Of a stretch of 64,000 nucleotides of DNA, positions 32,010-42,067 are shown piece after piece. Position numbers and translations under genes: made by a program. The notes beneath the pieces were generated by a model. That model saw only the letters and a list, made by a program, of their open reading frames with translations, did no database searches and was not told where the DNA came from. Position 1 is the stretch's first letter; every line of letters starts with the position of its first letter. The stretch covers positions 448,001 through 512,000 of the forward strand of contig CM000432.1 in assembly GCA_000165345.1 (NCBI GenBank), in the 5' to 3' direction.

Positions 32010-32729
32010 TTAGAATAGATTGTTATTATACGGTCTTACTACCTTGCATTTTATGTTATCTAACAAAATTTCTGATAAGTGTCTGATAAGACTGTTTGAT
32101 GTTGCAATCGACAGTGAGATGGGGTGAATCTCATCTAATAATTCATTATGAGAAATACCGGTACCTTTATTAGTAATACAGGAAAAAATGTTCTTTTCCG
32201 TTGTATTTATAACTATTGTAGAACAACTAATGCATTGCTCAAATTCTGATTGTGTTGGGTCTAGCATTAAATGAGAAATATCTCTTTCCCCGTAGAAATG
32301 ACTAGATTCAGCTATTGAGACGGCTAATGGGAAAAATTCCATAGGGATCCCCAAATCAATGAGGGCAAGAACTGCTGCATTGATACAGACTGGTAAGATC
32401 GGACCGTCTTCTGATACAATCTGCAGTGTAATAGAAATAACGCATCTGGAAAAAGAGTTGAAGTCTATAACCTTCTCAAAGAGTCTTAGAATATGGTATT
32501 CAATCAGTTTATGTGATTCCTGAGGTTGACCAATTCTGGGTCTTAAAATTACTTCCAAGTATGATTTACATTTATTACTAGATGCTTCCTCCGGCCTCCA
32601 AACAGTTGCTATAACTTTAGAAAGCCCAATCGAAAATTCTGCAGATCCATTTAAACTATTGAAAATGCCTACATTAGCCGATATTGCACCACATTCCAAA
32701 TTTGTCCTTCCATCATATCTTATAACCAT
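32010..32729 (-). CDS. exosome complex RNase PH-domain subunit (Rrp41/Rrp46-type)
   Basis: The N-terminus MVIRYDGRTNLECGAISANVGIFNSLNGSAEFSIGLSKVIATVWRPEEA fits the RNase PH domain start (DGR...R.......adGSa.f..G.TkV...V.GP.E). The 239-aa size matches a catalytically inactive exosome ring subunit. Confidence 0.7.
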   Translation of the reverse strand: MVIRYDGRTNLECGAISANVGIFNSLNGSAEFSIGLSKVIATVWRPEEASSNKCKSYLEVILRPRIGQPQESHKLIEYHILRLFEKVIDFNSFSRCVISITLQIVSEDGPILPVCINAAVLALIDLGIPMEFFPLAVSIAESSHFYGERDISHLMLDPTQSEFEQCISCSTIVINTTEKNIFSCITNKGTGISHNELLDEIHPISLSIATSNSLIRHLSEILLDNIKCKVVRPYNNNLF

Positions 32730-32844
32730 TAACTTAAAACTAACTTATTAAGAATAAATATTTGCTAGGTAATTATTTTTCATAACAAAAAAAAATGGGC
32801 GGTAATATCTAAGTGATTATAATTTTTTTGTTACAGCAAAAGAA

Positions 32845-33918
32845 ATGGACAGAAACGATGCGGATGAAAACTCTATTGATGAAAGATATAGTCGTCTAAC
32901 TGCTCTGGAAAATATGGGAGTAGTTGACGATTATTCTCTTATTATGAAAAAAACTATTTTTGTTATAGGCGTAGGAGGAGTTGGTTCTGTTGTTGTAGAG
33001 ATGCTGACTAGATGCGGAGTGGGAAAACTGATAATAGTTGATTTTGACATTGTTGAGTTATCAAACATGAACAGAATGTTTTATAATATGAATCATATTG
33101 GTATGTATAAAACAGATGCATGTGTTGATACTTTGAAGCTAATAAATCCAAAAATTAACATTGAAAAATATAACATAAATATTGTCGAAGACTATTCAAT
33201 TTTTTATAATATTTTCAAAACAAAGAAAATTGACTTACTAGTATCTTGCGTTGATAATTATTCTGCAAGAAGTATTATTAGCCAAGTCTGTAATGAGTTT
33301 GATTTAGTATGGTTCGAGTCAGGTATTTCTGAGAATGCAATTTCTGGTCATATTCAATTTGTAATCCCAGGTATGACTGCGTGTTATTGCTGTGCACCTC
33401 CTCTTGTTAATTTTGAAAGTAATTTTAGCGAAGATAAAATTAACTCCATTGTGATGAACTCTGAAAATGAAAATAATTCGAAAAAACTGTCATCCAGGAC
33501 TTGTGCAGCATCACTATCTACTACAACGAGCGTTATTGCCGGAATTTTAGTCAACAATATTTTAAAATATTTTTTGGGATTTGGAGAAAACTCGAATTTT
33601 CTCGGTTACCACATGATTGATGATTATTTTCCAAGATACTCAATAATTCCTAATAAAGAATGTATTGACAAATGGTGCCGGTTACGTCAAAAAGAGAAAG
33701 AGTACAATAAAAATGAGAAAACAAAAAATAAGTCTCCCTATAAAGAAGAGCCATCAAGATCCAACGTTTCAAATGGCGAATTACTTGAGAATTATTCTAA
33801 TTTTGAAGTAATCGAATCTGATATTCATATGGAATCATCTAAAAATTTATTGGAAAGTTTAAATAACTTATCAATTTCCGAGCTTATTAACAAACTGGAT
33901 GAAGTTTCGTCAAAGTAA
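32845..33918 (+). CDS. UBA5: ubiquitin-like modifier-activating enzyme 5 (UFM1-activating E1)
   Basis: YSRLTALENMGVV, IGVGGVGSVVVEMLTRCGVGKLIIVDFDIVELSNMNRMF, LVSCVDNYSARSIISQVCNEF and ESGISENAISGHIQFVIPGMTACYCCAPPLV are near-colinear with human UBA5. Conserved features include the ThiF fold, the catalytic Cys context and the CxxC motif. Confidence 0.85.
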   Translation: MDRNDADENSIDERYSRLTALENMGVVDDYSLIMKKTIFVIGVGGVGSVVVEMLTRCGVGKLIIVDFDIVELSNMNRMFYNMNHIGMYKTDACVDTLKLINPKINIEKYNINIVEDYSIFYNIFKTKKIDLLVSCVDNYSARSIISQVCNEFDLVWFESGISENAISGHIQFVIPGMTACYCCAPPLVNFESNFSEDKINSIVMNSENENNSKKLSSRTCAASLSTTTSVIAGILVNNILKYFLGFGENSNFLGYHMIDDYFPRYSIIPNKECIDKWCRLRQKEKEYNKNEKTKNKSPYKEEPSRSNVSNGELLENYSNFEVIESDIHMESSKNLLESLNNLSISELINKLDEVSSK

Positions 33919-34011
33919 AAGCAGATTTAAGTAAAATGGCTAATTTAATTATTTTCTTATAAAGGCCTATCTTATTAGCGAAATAATATTTGTCTATATT
34001 TACTCTTTTAT

Positions 34012-34019
34012 TGCATGCA
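34012..34019. promoter_or_regulatory. TGCATGCA upstream of the GMPG-repeat membrane protein gene
   Basis: An exact read, about 300 nt 5' of the ATG at 34323. Confidence 0.35.
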
Positions 34020-34322
34020 GACCAAACCGCCTTTACATGTGCAAAGTGAAAATACGTATAAAAGAAAATTTCTTGAATTTATATATTAAAGATTAAGATT
34101 AAGTAGAAATCTTTCATTGTTAAATTTTTGCCCAATTGAGTTTTTCTCGGAAGAACTCAAGATATATCAATTTGGAATTCTATTCTAGTTGAAGAAGCCA
34201 AATAACTGAAAACAGAAATTGGTAAAAGAGGCTGAACATTTGATCAATTTGAAATAAATTGACTTGTTCAGAAATATCGTCTTTCTGAACAAATAATATT
34301 TCATGTTTAGCTATTAATAAAA

Positions 34323-35111
34323 ATGATTAAGATAATATTTATTACGCTAATATGTTTGTTAATTAAGTAAGTTAATAATTTAATTTTCCGAGTATTTAAA
34401 CATGTTCTCATTTATAGGGATACTTTTGGTTTGGAAATGCGATCAATTGGAAATTCCAAACTTGAATCGTTTTCAGTTACTTATTCCGGAAATCTTCATA
34501 AGTTAAGTGCGCATTCAAGCTTGTTTTCGAACTCACAATTTGAGTCATGCAATACTATGTGCGATGATTTTGATCCAACATGCGACTGCAACACTGCTTC
34601 TACAACAGAAACAGAAATAACTATTGATCAAGTTGAGAGTTGGATTGAAATCATTAAAAAAAATGCTGAGGCTGCTGCAAACCCTATTTTAAAGAACGAT
34701 TCTACGTCAAACACTACAGAAACAACAGATTCTAGCAATCAATATGTATGGATTGGTATTGGTGTTGGAGCCATTGTTCTTATTGGATTAATTATATTCT
34801 TCATTACAAAGTCAAGATCTAATAACAGTCAGGGTCAAGATCCCAATGCAAACTATAATATGCAGGGAGGAGCCCCAGGAATGATGCCAGGTGGAATGCC
34901 TGGTATGCCCGGTATGCCTGGAATGCCAGGTGGAATGCCAGGTGGAATGCCTGGTATGCCCGGTGGAATGCCCGGTATGCCCGGAATGCCCGGAATGCCT
35001 GGAATGCCTGGAATGCCTGGTATGCCTGGAATGCCTGGTGGTATGCCTGGAATGCCAGGCGGAATGCCTGGTGGTATGCCTGGAATGCCTGGTGGAATGC
35101 CAATGCGATAG
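34323..35111 (+). CDS. type I membrane protein: signal peptide, Cys-rich/Thr-rich ectodomain, one TM helix and a cytoplasmic (G-M-P-G)n tandem-repeat tail; 2 exons
   Basis: Exon 1 (34323..34366) encodes [16 protein letters not shown] 51-nt GTAAGT...TTTATAG intron follows at 34367..34417. Exon 2 (34418..35111) is in frame with the track ORF. The product has a Cys cluster ([18 protein letters not shown]), a T/S-rich stretch, the TM helix [19 protein letters not shown] and about 25 copies of GMPG/GGMPG. Confidence 0.55.
34876..35103 (+). repeat. imperfect tandem 9/12-nt repeat (GGAATGCCT / GGTATGCCC units) encoding (Gly-Met-Pro-Gly)n
   Basis: A direct read shows about 25 consecutive near-identical 9-12 nt units. 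Both other frames and the antisense strand stay open across it purely because of the periodicity. Confidence 0.85.
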
Positions 35112-35252
35112 AGAATTTCTAAAATTTAATTAGGAGTACTATTAATAGAATTCTACAGTTGTTTTGATTGAAAGATATTTTCATATTTCTAGAGCTAAAT
35201 AATAATATATATGCGATTTTTCAATAGAAAGGTGATAAATTGCAAACATAAT

Positions 35253-36332
35253 TTACTCCTTGTAGTTTAACTTGAAACTTAGTGCGCATTGAATAATATC
35301 ATTAATATTTATTGTATAAGGAGCTGTCTTCAAAGTATGCAAAATATTTTCAAATGACTGATTGAAAAGAGAGTTCTTCAAGATTTTCAAAATTGCAATG
35401 GAAATTTTGAAGATTAAGTCTACACCTTCAAGGAAAAACAGGTCCCAAATCCTCGCAACTGCATCCAAATTAAAACTGTAGGCAAATATAGTCATAAACC
35501 ATTGGGAAGCATACATAGTTTCATCCACATTTTCGTTTCTAAAGTGATTATAAAGATTTGGAATCCGTTTCTTAAATATTTTTCTTAACTTCTCTAAATG
35601 AGTATTTAATAATGGCAACCCTGGAAGATACAAGCCAGAAAATTTATACTTTCCAAGAATAGAAATTAGCATATAGAATGAATCCTCTTCTGACATGTAC
35701 ATTAACAGAACACCAACAATAAATCCCATTCCTTGGCAGTAACCAACATCCGGATTATATAGACTATAGGCCCTTAAAACTGAAAACAAAGAATTTTGCC
35801 CATGATTATTTTTATCACGAAATAAAGAATGTCTTGGAAAAGTTCTACTTATATCTCTATATATATCACCACAGCATGGGGCATTTTTTATTTCAGATAG
35901 TTGATAATATAGATTCTCGCTATGCTCGCTTTTTATATTTTCTACTTCTGCCAGCTTCATCCAAATGAATCCTCTAAATTGAGCTGGAATTCCCTTTCTC
36001 AGTTTACTCAATATTTTTAAATGATCTTTTTCTAAATCAAATTTCTCAAAATCGTAACATAAAAATCTCCACTCTTCAATTTCAATTAGTCTACTTCTGT
36101 AGTCAAATTTATGGGGAATTTTTATGTTTTCTGAGTTCTTACTTTGAATATCGCCGATATTTTCAGCATCTATAGTTTTATTTTCACATTCTGAGAACTT
36201 TGCTACATTATCATCATTTATTTCTGGGAACTCTTTAGAAATTTCATTATATCTCTCTTCAAAATCAGACATGTGTTCTCCTTCTACAAACTCCTTATTT
36301 TGAGAGGCTTTTTCCAAATCTTCTTTCGGCAT
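35253..36332 (-). CDS. TBC-domain Rab GTPase-activating protein
   Basis: It carries the RabGAP arginine finger GDIYRDISRTFP (IxxDxxR) and the glutamine finger YCQGMGFIVGVLL (YxQ). The ATG is at 36332. Confidence 0.85.
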   Translation of the reverse strand: MPKEDLEKASQNKEFVEGEHMSDFEERYNEISKEFPEINDDNVAKFSECENKTIDAENIGDIQSKNSENIKIPHKFDYRSRLIEIEEWRFLCYDFEKFDLEKDHLKILSKLRKGIPAQFRGFIWMKLAEVENIKSEHSENLYYQLSEIKNAPCCGDIYRDISRTFPRHSLFRDKNNHGQNSLFSVLRAYSLYNPDVGYCQGMGFIVGVLLMYMSEEDSFYMLISILGKYKFSGLYLPGLPLLNTHLEKLRKIFKKRIPNLYNHFRNENVDETMYASQWFMTIFAYSFNLDAVARIWDLFFLEGVDLIFKISIAILKILKNSLFNQSFENILHTLKTAPYTININDIIQCALSFKLNYKE

Positions 36333-36550
36333 TTGTTACACAAGCTTATATTTACAAAAAGTCTCAGTAAAATGTATAGCTAAGGTTTCATAATAGAAAG
36401 AAAGAAATCCTAGTTTTTCTTAGAATAAGCAAAGTATTATCAGATATATGATAGTAAAAATATATATTAAATAATTGTGTGCTAAACCACATGTGATCAA
36501 ATTTGCAATTCTAAAGTTTGCGCGGTATTGAAAGCAGTTAATTCTTGTAC

Positions 36551-38032
36551 TTAAATATTAATTCCCCTTCTTTTTAAAATACTTTTCGAAGGAGAACTGT
36601 TGGATTCAGAAGGCTTTGATAGTGCCTTTTCAGCAGAGATTATCTCTATATTTTTAAGAGAGTTCAAGTTGTAATTTTTACAGGAATCTGACGAGCAGAG
36701 TTCAGGATCATTTTGGATATCAGAATTCGGTGAAGACCTAAATAAAATGCAGTTTATTTTATTGCTACCCTTCATATCACTTTTCTTATCAAAAATTTTT
36801 ACAAGTGCTCTCGATGTAGATATTGAATCAGGGAGGAGCATACGTACATTCTTTGACATATCAAATCTTACTCTTTTCTCTTTATCTTCATTTTTACTTT
36901 CGTAATTAGCACTTCCCTGCTTGTTAAGTGAATTTCTCTTCTTGTTTTTTGAAACCTTTGGTAAGCTGTTTGAAAGTGCCACATTATTTTTTAAAAAGTT
37001 ACTTATCTTTTCCATAGTTGAATATATATTATTTCTTTTATTTTGAGTAATTGAATTTTCATTAGATTTGGAGAGATTCGAAAGACTTGAATGCAATTTT
37101 GACATGAGATTGACAATATTTTCCAATAAGAAACTGGAGATTAAATTCCTTTCTTCTTGATTAATATTTAAGTCATCAATGTCGCATACCACTTGATCAA
37201 GAAGTGAATCAAAATCAACAAATTTTAGAATCAATTGACTATAAATATTTTCTGTTAAGGTTGAGTGAGTTGTACAAGTTCTGATGACATTAATAATAAA
37301 CTCGGAGTATTCAATAAAAAATGAAGAAATGTATTCATTCAACAAATTTTTGTTTGATGGATTTTCTTTAATGAGTTTGTATTGCTCATATAATAAATAA
37401 ACAGATTCTTGTGGGAATTGCTTACAAAAAATTAAAGATACTCCAATACCTGTAGACCTGTTCGAATATGAGTTAATTGATGGATCAACTTCATCGCCGC
37501 TTCCTATATGGTCACTAATCATTAAAAACTTCCTTTTTTTACCTATAGAATTCTCATTATCTATATTTTCAACAAATAAACATCTACGGTAGACATCAAG
37601 CAAGCCCTTTGCAAATTCAGGATCAAAGTTTTTTTTACTGAGTAAATTTAGTGATTCAGCAAGCATTGTTCTTTGTAAAAATGTAAATTTATCCATCCTA
37701 TAATGATCCATGCCATCCCATCTAAATCTCATCATCAGATAAAATTCTTCAATAAAAGAGAATAAATATTCTTTTACCTCAAATCTTTTCTGTAATTGTG
37801 AAATATTCACTGCAATTTCTCTTTGAATTAAAACTTTATCTGAAAGCCACATACTATAGTAGAGCCCCTTCCAAATTTTCAACATTTGTAAACGCGTCAT
37901 TGAATTGTTGTGCTTTGATATATATCTAGTTATAATGTCTAGACCTTTTTTGCGGCTCGCAGGACTGATACTAGTTAAAGTTTTTGATAACCTCATAAGA
38001 AGCTCATTCTCATTTTCAGAGTTACCCTTCAT
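36551..38032 (-). CDS. RRP1: Nop52/RRP1 family nucleolar pre-rRNA processing protein
   Basis: The N-terminal block RLQMLKIWKGLYYSMWLSDKVLIQREIAVNISQL matches the Nop52 signature (K.WKGLFYCMWMSDKPL.QeEL). The protein is 493 aa. Upstream there is a possible non-coding 5' intron, GTAAGT...TTTTAG, at about 38085-38141. Confidence 0.65.
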   Translation of the reverse strand: MKGNSENENELLMRLSKTLTSISPASRKKGLDIITRYISKHNNSMTRLQMLKIWKGLYYSMWLSDKVLIQREIAVNISQLQKRFEVKEYLFSFIEEFYLMMRFRWDGMDHYRMDKFTFLQRTMLAESLNLLSKKNFDPEFAKGLLDVYRRCLFVENIDNENSIGKKRKFLMISDHIGSGDEVDPSINSYSNRSTGIGVSLIFCKQFPQESVYLLYEQYKLIKENPSNKNLLNEYISSFFIEYSEFIINVIRTCTTHSTLTENIYSQLILKFVDFDSLLDQVVCDIDDLNINQEERNLISSFLLENIVNLMSKLHSSLSNLSKSNENSITQNKRNNIYSTMEKISNFLKNNVALSNSLPKVSKNKKRNSLNKQGSANYESKNEDKEKRVRFDMSKNVRMLLPDSISTSRALVKIFDKKSDMKGSNKINCILFRSSPNSDIQNDPELCSSDSCKNYNLNSLKNIEIISAEKALSKPSESNSSPSKSILKRRGINI

Positions 38033-38642
38033 TTCTTTGATACTAGCTTCCGGGATATGCCTCGTGTTAACCCTAAAATTATAATCTCAATATAGTTATA
38101 TGTTTCAATTCGTAAGTAATTTTACTTACAATAACTACAGATCTTACTTAATAAGTCTAATTTTTGAATATAAAATACATATTATTTTGATTGGTTGCTA
38201 ATAATAAATAATCAAGTCCAAAGATCGATAATTTAATCTTCTACCCAATTCTTCGATTTTCAATTATATTATTGTTATTCAGACAAATTCTTGAGAGTCC
38301 AAATAATTTTTGTTGAATTAACGGAATCTAAAATAAGACTTACAAAAAAATTTATTCTTTGACCGTTACCAAGCGCTACTCATTTTTACGTCTGTGTCAA
38401 TTCTGGAAGGCGGCCAATTACATGCAATATTTTATTTGTTCTAGATCAAGTTTGACAATTTTGTAAGAAAAAAAAACATGGGTTTTTAAAAGAGTAATTT
38501 AAAATATATCAAAAAGAATACATTTAAAAGCTATAATTGTTAGTTTATGAAATTGCTTTATTTGATATACTTCAAATCATTTAAAAGATTGTGAAAGTAT
38601 AAATAAATATTTACATCGTGCTAAAGCGATACATTTAAAAAA

Positions 38643-40106
38643 ATGTTCGAGTTTATTTCAGAAATGTTTCATTCATGTTGCAAATTAAAGAAAAATCAAA
38701 AGAATGATGAATACATTTTTATCTTGTGCCCTGCCCCAAGCGATTTAGAAGAGGAATATATTGATCAAGAAGGAAATGTCAAAAAAAAGAAGCTCGAAAA
38801 AATTAGAGGAACTGCCAGAAATATTGTCGATAAGGAAATTGTCAGGGAGTGGAGTGGAAGGGAAATTGGAAGCTGTATTTGCTGTCATTTAATATATGAA
38901 GACGAAATGAATGTTTATAGAGCTGATAAATATGGCAGACATATTGGTAAAGACCATGAAGAATATGAAGGTAGCCAAACAAGAGAAGAAAACTGTGTTA
39001 ACTCAGTTGGATCTCTGAGCTCATATGGCTCAAGAAAACATTTTTCTGAGGAGCCAAATAGCGCAGATTCCAACTCTACCTCAATAAGTTCAGATGAAAA
39101 TAATAATGCAGTTGAGAATAAGAGTAAAAAAACAAAAGAAAGGAGGAAGTTAAATATCAATAGATCCCCAAGCGCAATTGAGAAGGAAATAGATGAAAAA
39201 GAAAAGAACAAAAAACTAAAAGAAACAAAAGATGCCAATAATAAAGAATGCTCTACAATTAGTTCTGATATAAATAATGATATCCATAACACGAATGAGA
39301 AAACAACTGATAATAGAAATAACAAAAAGCCAGAGAATACTAATTTAAAGAATGACGAGCAAATTCCATTATCCGATCAAAAAAAATATTCTAAATCTTC
39401 TCCACTTTCAAAGAATCAATGCCCTCCAAAGTTAGGAAAAAGGCCACCCATAAAGAATGAATTATTGGCTATGAATGATCAGAAAAACAATTCACTTAAG
39501 TCATCAATTCCAAATAGTAAAAAATGTAGTAAAAAAATATCAAGTGCTCCGAAAAATGAATTTAACAAAATTATTTTGGAAAAAGAAAAGGTAGAAAGTA
39601 ATTCTCGCGATACTCATAAAGATGACAAAAATCAAACTGGAAATAATAATAGCCAACAAATCAACCACATTACTAGCAGTTCTAATTCTGATAAAGAAAT
39701 GATTGATAACAATGGGGAAATTAAATATGAAGAGGAAGAGATGAAGTTTAACAAAGACATTTCTTCGAAAATAATACGTCACAGAGCATTAATAGGAATT
39801 CAAGCCGAAATTATTCTAAAAGATGGATCGACAACGGACTGTAAAGTTAGCTTCTCAGATGAGGAAGATGATCTCTCATTTATTTGCAACGATAAAGTTA
39901 AAGCTGTTCCTTGGAGTAACATTAGAGAGATTTTTACAACAAAAAGTGAACTTAGAATGGTGAATACACGAGCAGCTATTTTTAAAGACCCAACATTAAT
40001 TATTGCACTACATTTAAAAGATACAGGAAATTGTATACCTTTGAAATTTAATTCTAAGAAAGGCAAAGAAGATTTTTTAAATTTCGCCCTCAGAATGATT
40101 GGGTAA
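38643..40106 (+). CDS. hypothetical low-complexity protein with N-terminal Cys-Cys and a C-terminal globular (PH-like?) domain
   Basis: A 487-codon ORF with an ATG at 38643. A long K/N/S-rich central region separates MFEFISEMFHSCCKLKK from a conserved-looking 100-aa C-terminal domain. The family is not recognised. Confidence 0.45.
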   Translation: MFEFISEMFHSCCKLKKNQKNDEYIFILCPAPSDLEEEYIDQEGNVKKKKLEKIRGTARNIVDKEIVREWSGREIGSCICCHLIYEDEMNVYRADKYGRHIGKDHEEYEGSQTREENCVNSVGSLSSYGSRKHFSEEPNSADSNSTSISSDENNNAVENKSKKTKERRKLNINRSPSAIEKEIDEKEKNKKLKETKDANNKECSTISSDINNDIHNTNEKTTDNRNNKKPENTNLKNDEQIPLSDQKKYSKSSPLSKNQCPPKLGKRPPIKNELLAMNDQKNNSLKSSIPNSKKCSKKISSAPKNEFNKIILEKEKVESNSRDTHKDDKNQTGNNNSQQINHITSSSNSDKEMIDNNGEIKYEEEEMKFNKDISSKIIRHRALIGIQAEIILKDGSTTDCKVSFSDEEDDLSFICNDKVKAVPWSNIREIFTTKSELRMVNTRAAIFKDPTLIIALHLKDTGNCIPLKFNSKKGKEDFLNFALRMIG

Positions 40107-40555
40107 TACTAAAAGCTCACAGAAGATATTTAGTCGTCTTTTATGTAATAAATAAAGGAACATAAAATTTTGGGAGAAAATGATGGAAGTTGCTCCCAAT
40201 GATATCAGACCAGGCTTTTATATTGCCATTTTGTTAGATTGAATTTAGACTTTTATAAATAGTTTAAACATTTAGGCGGCTACTTCTTTTTGCTAAAAGC
40301 TTCATACGAAGGGAATTGTAATTTAATTCTAGTTTACAAGATTCTAATATAAAATATAGAAAATCATCTAGCTAAATAGATTTTTGGAATAAATATTGTT
40401 CAATTGTATTTGCACTTTTTGATTAACCAACAGATTTAAACTTAATTTTCTAGGCACAAGTAATTTACAAAATCAAGCAATATATTAATGATCATTTTAC
40501 TTACATGATAATTAAACAATTTTGATTAATTGAGTTTGTTTTTCTATACTTAATA

Positions 40556-41986
40556 ATGAGTGAAGATGATCAGCTACAGGCATTTGTTGACCCTTTGATT
40601 TTATTGAAGGATACTATTACAAGAGGGAAAACAGATGAAATAATTAAATTAGGAGATGAGTTTCATTTCGAGTTTTACAATTGTTCATTGAATGTTAATA
40701 CTCCCACCAGATGTAGAAATAGAAGAGGAGAGTCATTAAATTTAGATGATTTATATTTATTCATTACAGCTTCTAAAAGCAAGAAGTACACAATGAAACT
40801 TGCTCAAGATAATGGACTTAAATTCATAAATATTCTAGAAAAGAAAAATATTTTGGAATTCCTGAATGAGTTTATTGAAAAAACACAAGATTCAAGAATT
40901 CCATCTACATATTCCATTGAAGATTTAGGTAAATATGAATGTATAAATACGGAATTTTCCTTACAGCCATGCAGAATATTAGATAAAAGTAAGAAAATTT
41001 TAAATTTAAATTATCCATGGGTCGAATATAAGGTAAAAACAGATATTGAATCAATTAACGGAAAAAGCAGTGAAAATATAATACATTCAAAAGTTGCAAA
41101 TTCAATCCAATTAAAGAATAGGGATGAAATTATGTTTGTTAAAAGAAAAGTTAATTTAATTTCACAGATATATCCAATAAATATTGACTACATTTGTCAA
41201 GGAATTGATATGTATACTAGAATTAATAGCTTGCTAACATTTATGAATGAGCCTGCAAAAAGCGAGAACAAAAAAAGATCAGCCGAATCTAGTTCATATA
41301 TTCATAACGCGGAAAATAAAAAATTGAAAGACGGTAGAAGATCTAACACTGCAGATTTTGGAAAAAGAGGTTCCGAATCTTTGATAAGTACTTCAAATAT
41401 ATCAAAATCAAGGAACATACCAAAGTCAATAAATTCTCAACAAAGATCAACATTATTAGCATACCTAAATTCAAATAATCTCAACCCAATAATACTAGTT
41501 CCACCATCATCCAAGAGCCCAATTACATTAAACAATATAATTCAATTCTTACGAGATAAAGAATTTGTAGACCCTAACCTAGCAAAGAGAAACTTTGCTG
41601 GTAACGAACAAACTGTTACATTAAGTTTTGGCTCAGGAACCACTGTACAAAAGGTCACATTTCGAATCCTTGAATCCACTCTTAACTTTAGGAAAAGGGA
41701 TTGGTATTCACTAATTGCAGTGTTCCTTACTGGAGCAGAATGGCAATTGCAGTCCTTCCCATTTAAAACGATTCAAGATATATTTACAATGGTAAAGGGA
41801 TATCATATAACATATGATTCAGAGCCAATTCCTGATAACATCCGAAAATGGAATGTTGATGTCGTAAGAATTAATAGGACAAATCGCCATAACGACCTTT
41901 CAGTTTGGTTTCAATTCATGGAGTCTATTGAATCCGTTTTAGCGTCTAGTAGAGATCATTCTAAATTAGATAGAAGTAAATTATGA
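40556..41986 (+). CDS. CDC73: CDC73/parafibromin (Paf1 complex subunit)
   Basis: The C-terminal domain DWYSLIAVFLTGAEWQLQSFPF...DIFTMVKGYHITYDSEPIPDNIRKWNVDVVRINRTNRH aligns with the parafibromin C-domain ([21 protein letters not shown]...KAFHLKYDE...NVQKWDV). The N-terminus DPLILLKDTI is also CDC73-like. Confidence 0.75.
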   Translation: MSEDDQLQAFVDPLILLKDTITRGKTDEIIKLGDEFHFEFYNCSLNVNTPTRCRNRRGESLNLDDLYLFITASKSKKYTMKLAQDNGLKFINILEKKNILEFLNEFIEKTQDSRIPSTYSIEDLGKYECINTEFSLQPCRILDKSKKILNLNYPWVEYKVKTDIESINGKSSENIIHSKVANSIQLKNRDEIMFVKRKVNLISQIYPINIDYICQGIDMYTRINSLLTFMNEPAKSENKKRSAESSSYIHNAENKKLKDGRRSNTADFGKRGSESLISTSNISKSRNIPKSINSQQRSTLLAYLNSNNLNPIILVPPSSKSPITLNNIIQFLRDKEFVDPNLAKRNFAGNEQTVTLSFGSGTTVQKVTFRILESTLNFRKRDWYSLIAVFLTGAEWQLQSFPFKTIQDIFTMVKGYHITYDSEPIPDNIRKWNVDVVRINRTNRHNDLSVWFQFMESIESVLASSRDHSKLDRSKL

Positions 41987-42067
41987 ACGTTAACATTATT
42001 CGAATTAGACGATAGATTGCAACAGAAAGCAATTGATATATAATCTAATATTCAATGACTTAATAGT

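Noticed and set aside
34819-35133. ORFs 34819..35103 (minus) and 34891..35133 (plus) giving AFQAYHQAF... and ECLVCPVC... repeats
   Set aside because: They are alternative-frame and antisense readings of the 9/12-nt GMPG tandem repeat. The periodicity keeps all frames open, and only the GMPG frame is preceded by a signal-peptide exon and a TM helix.
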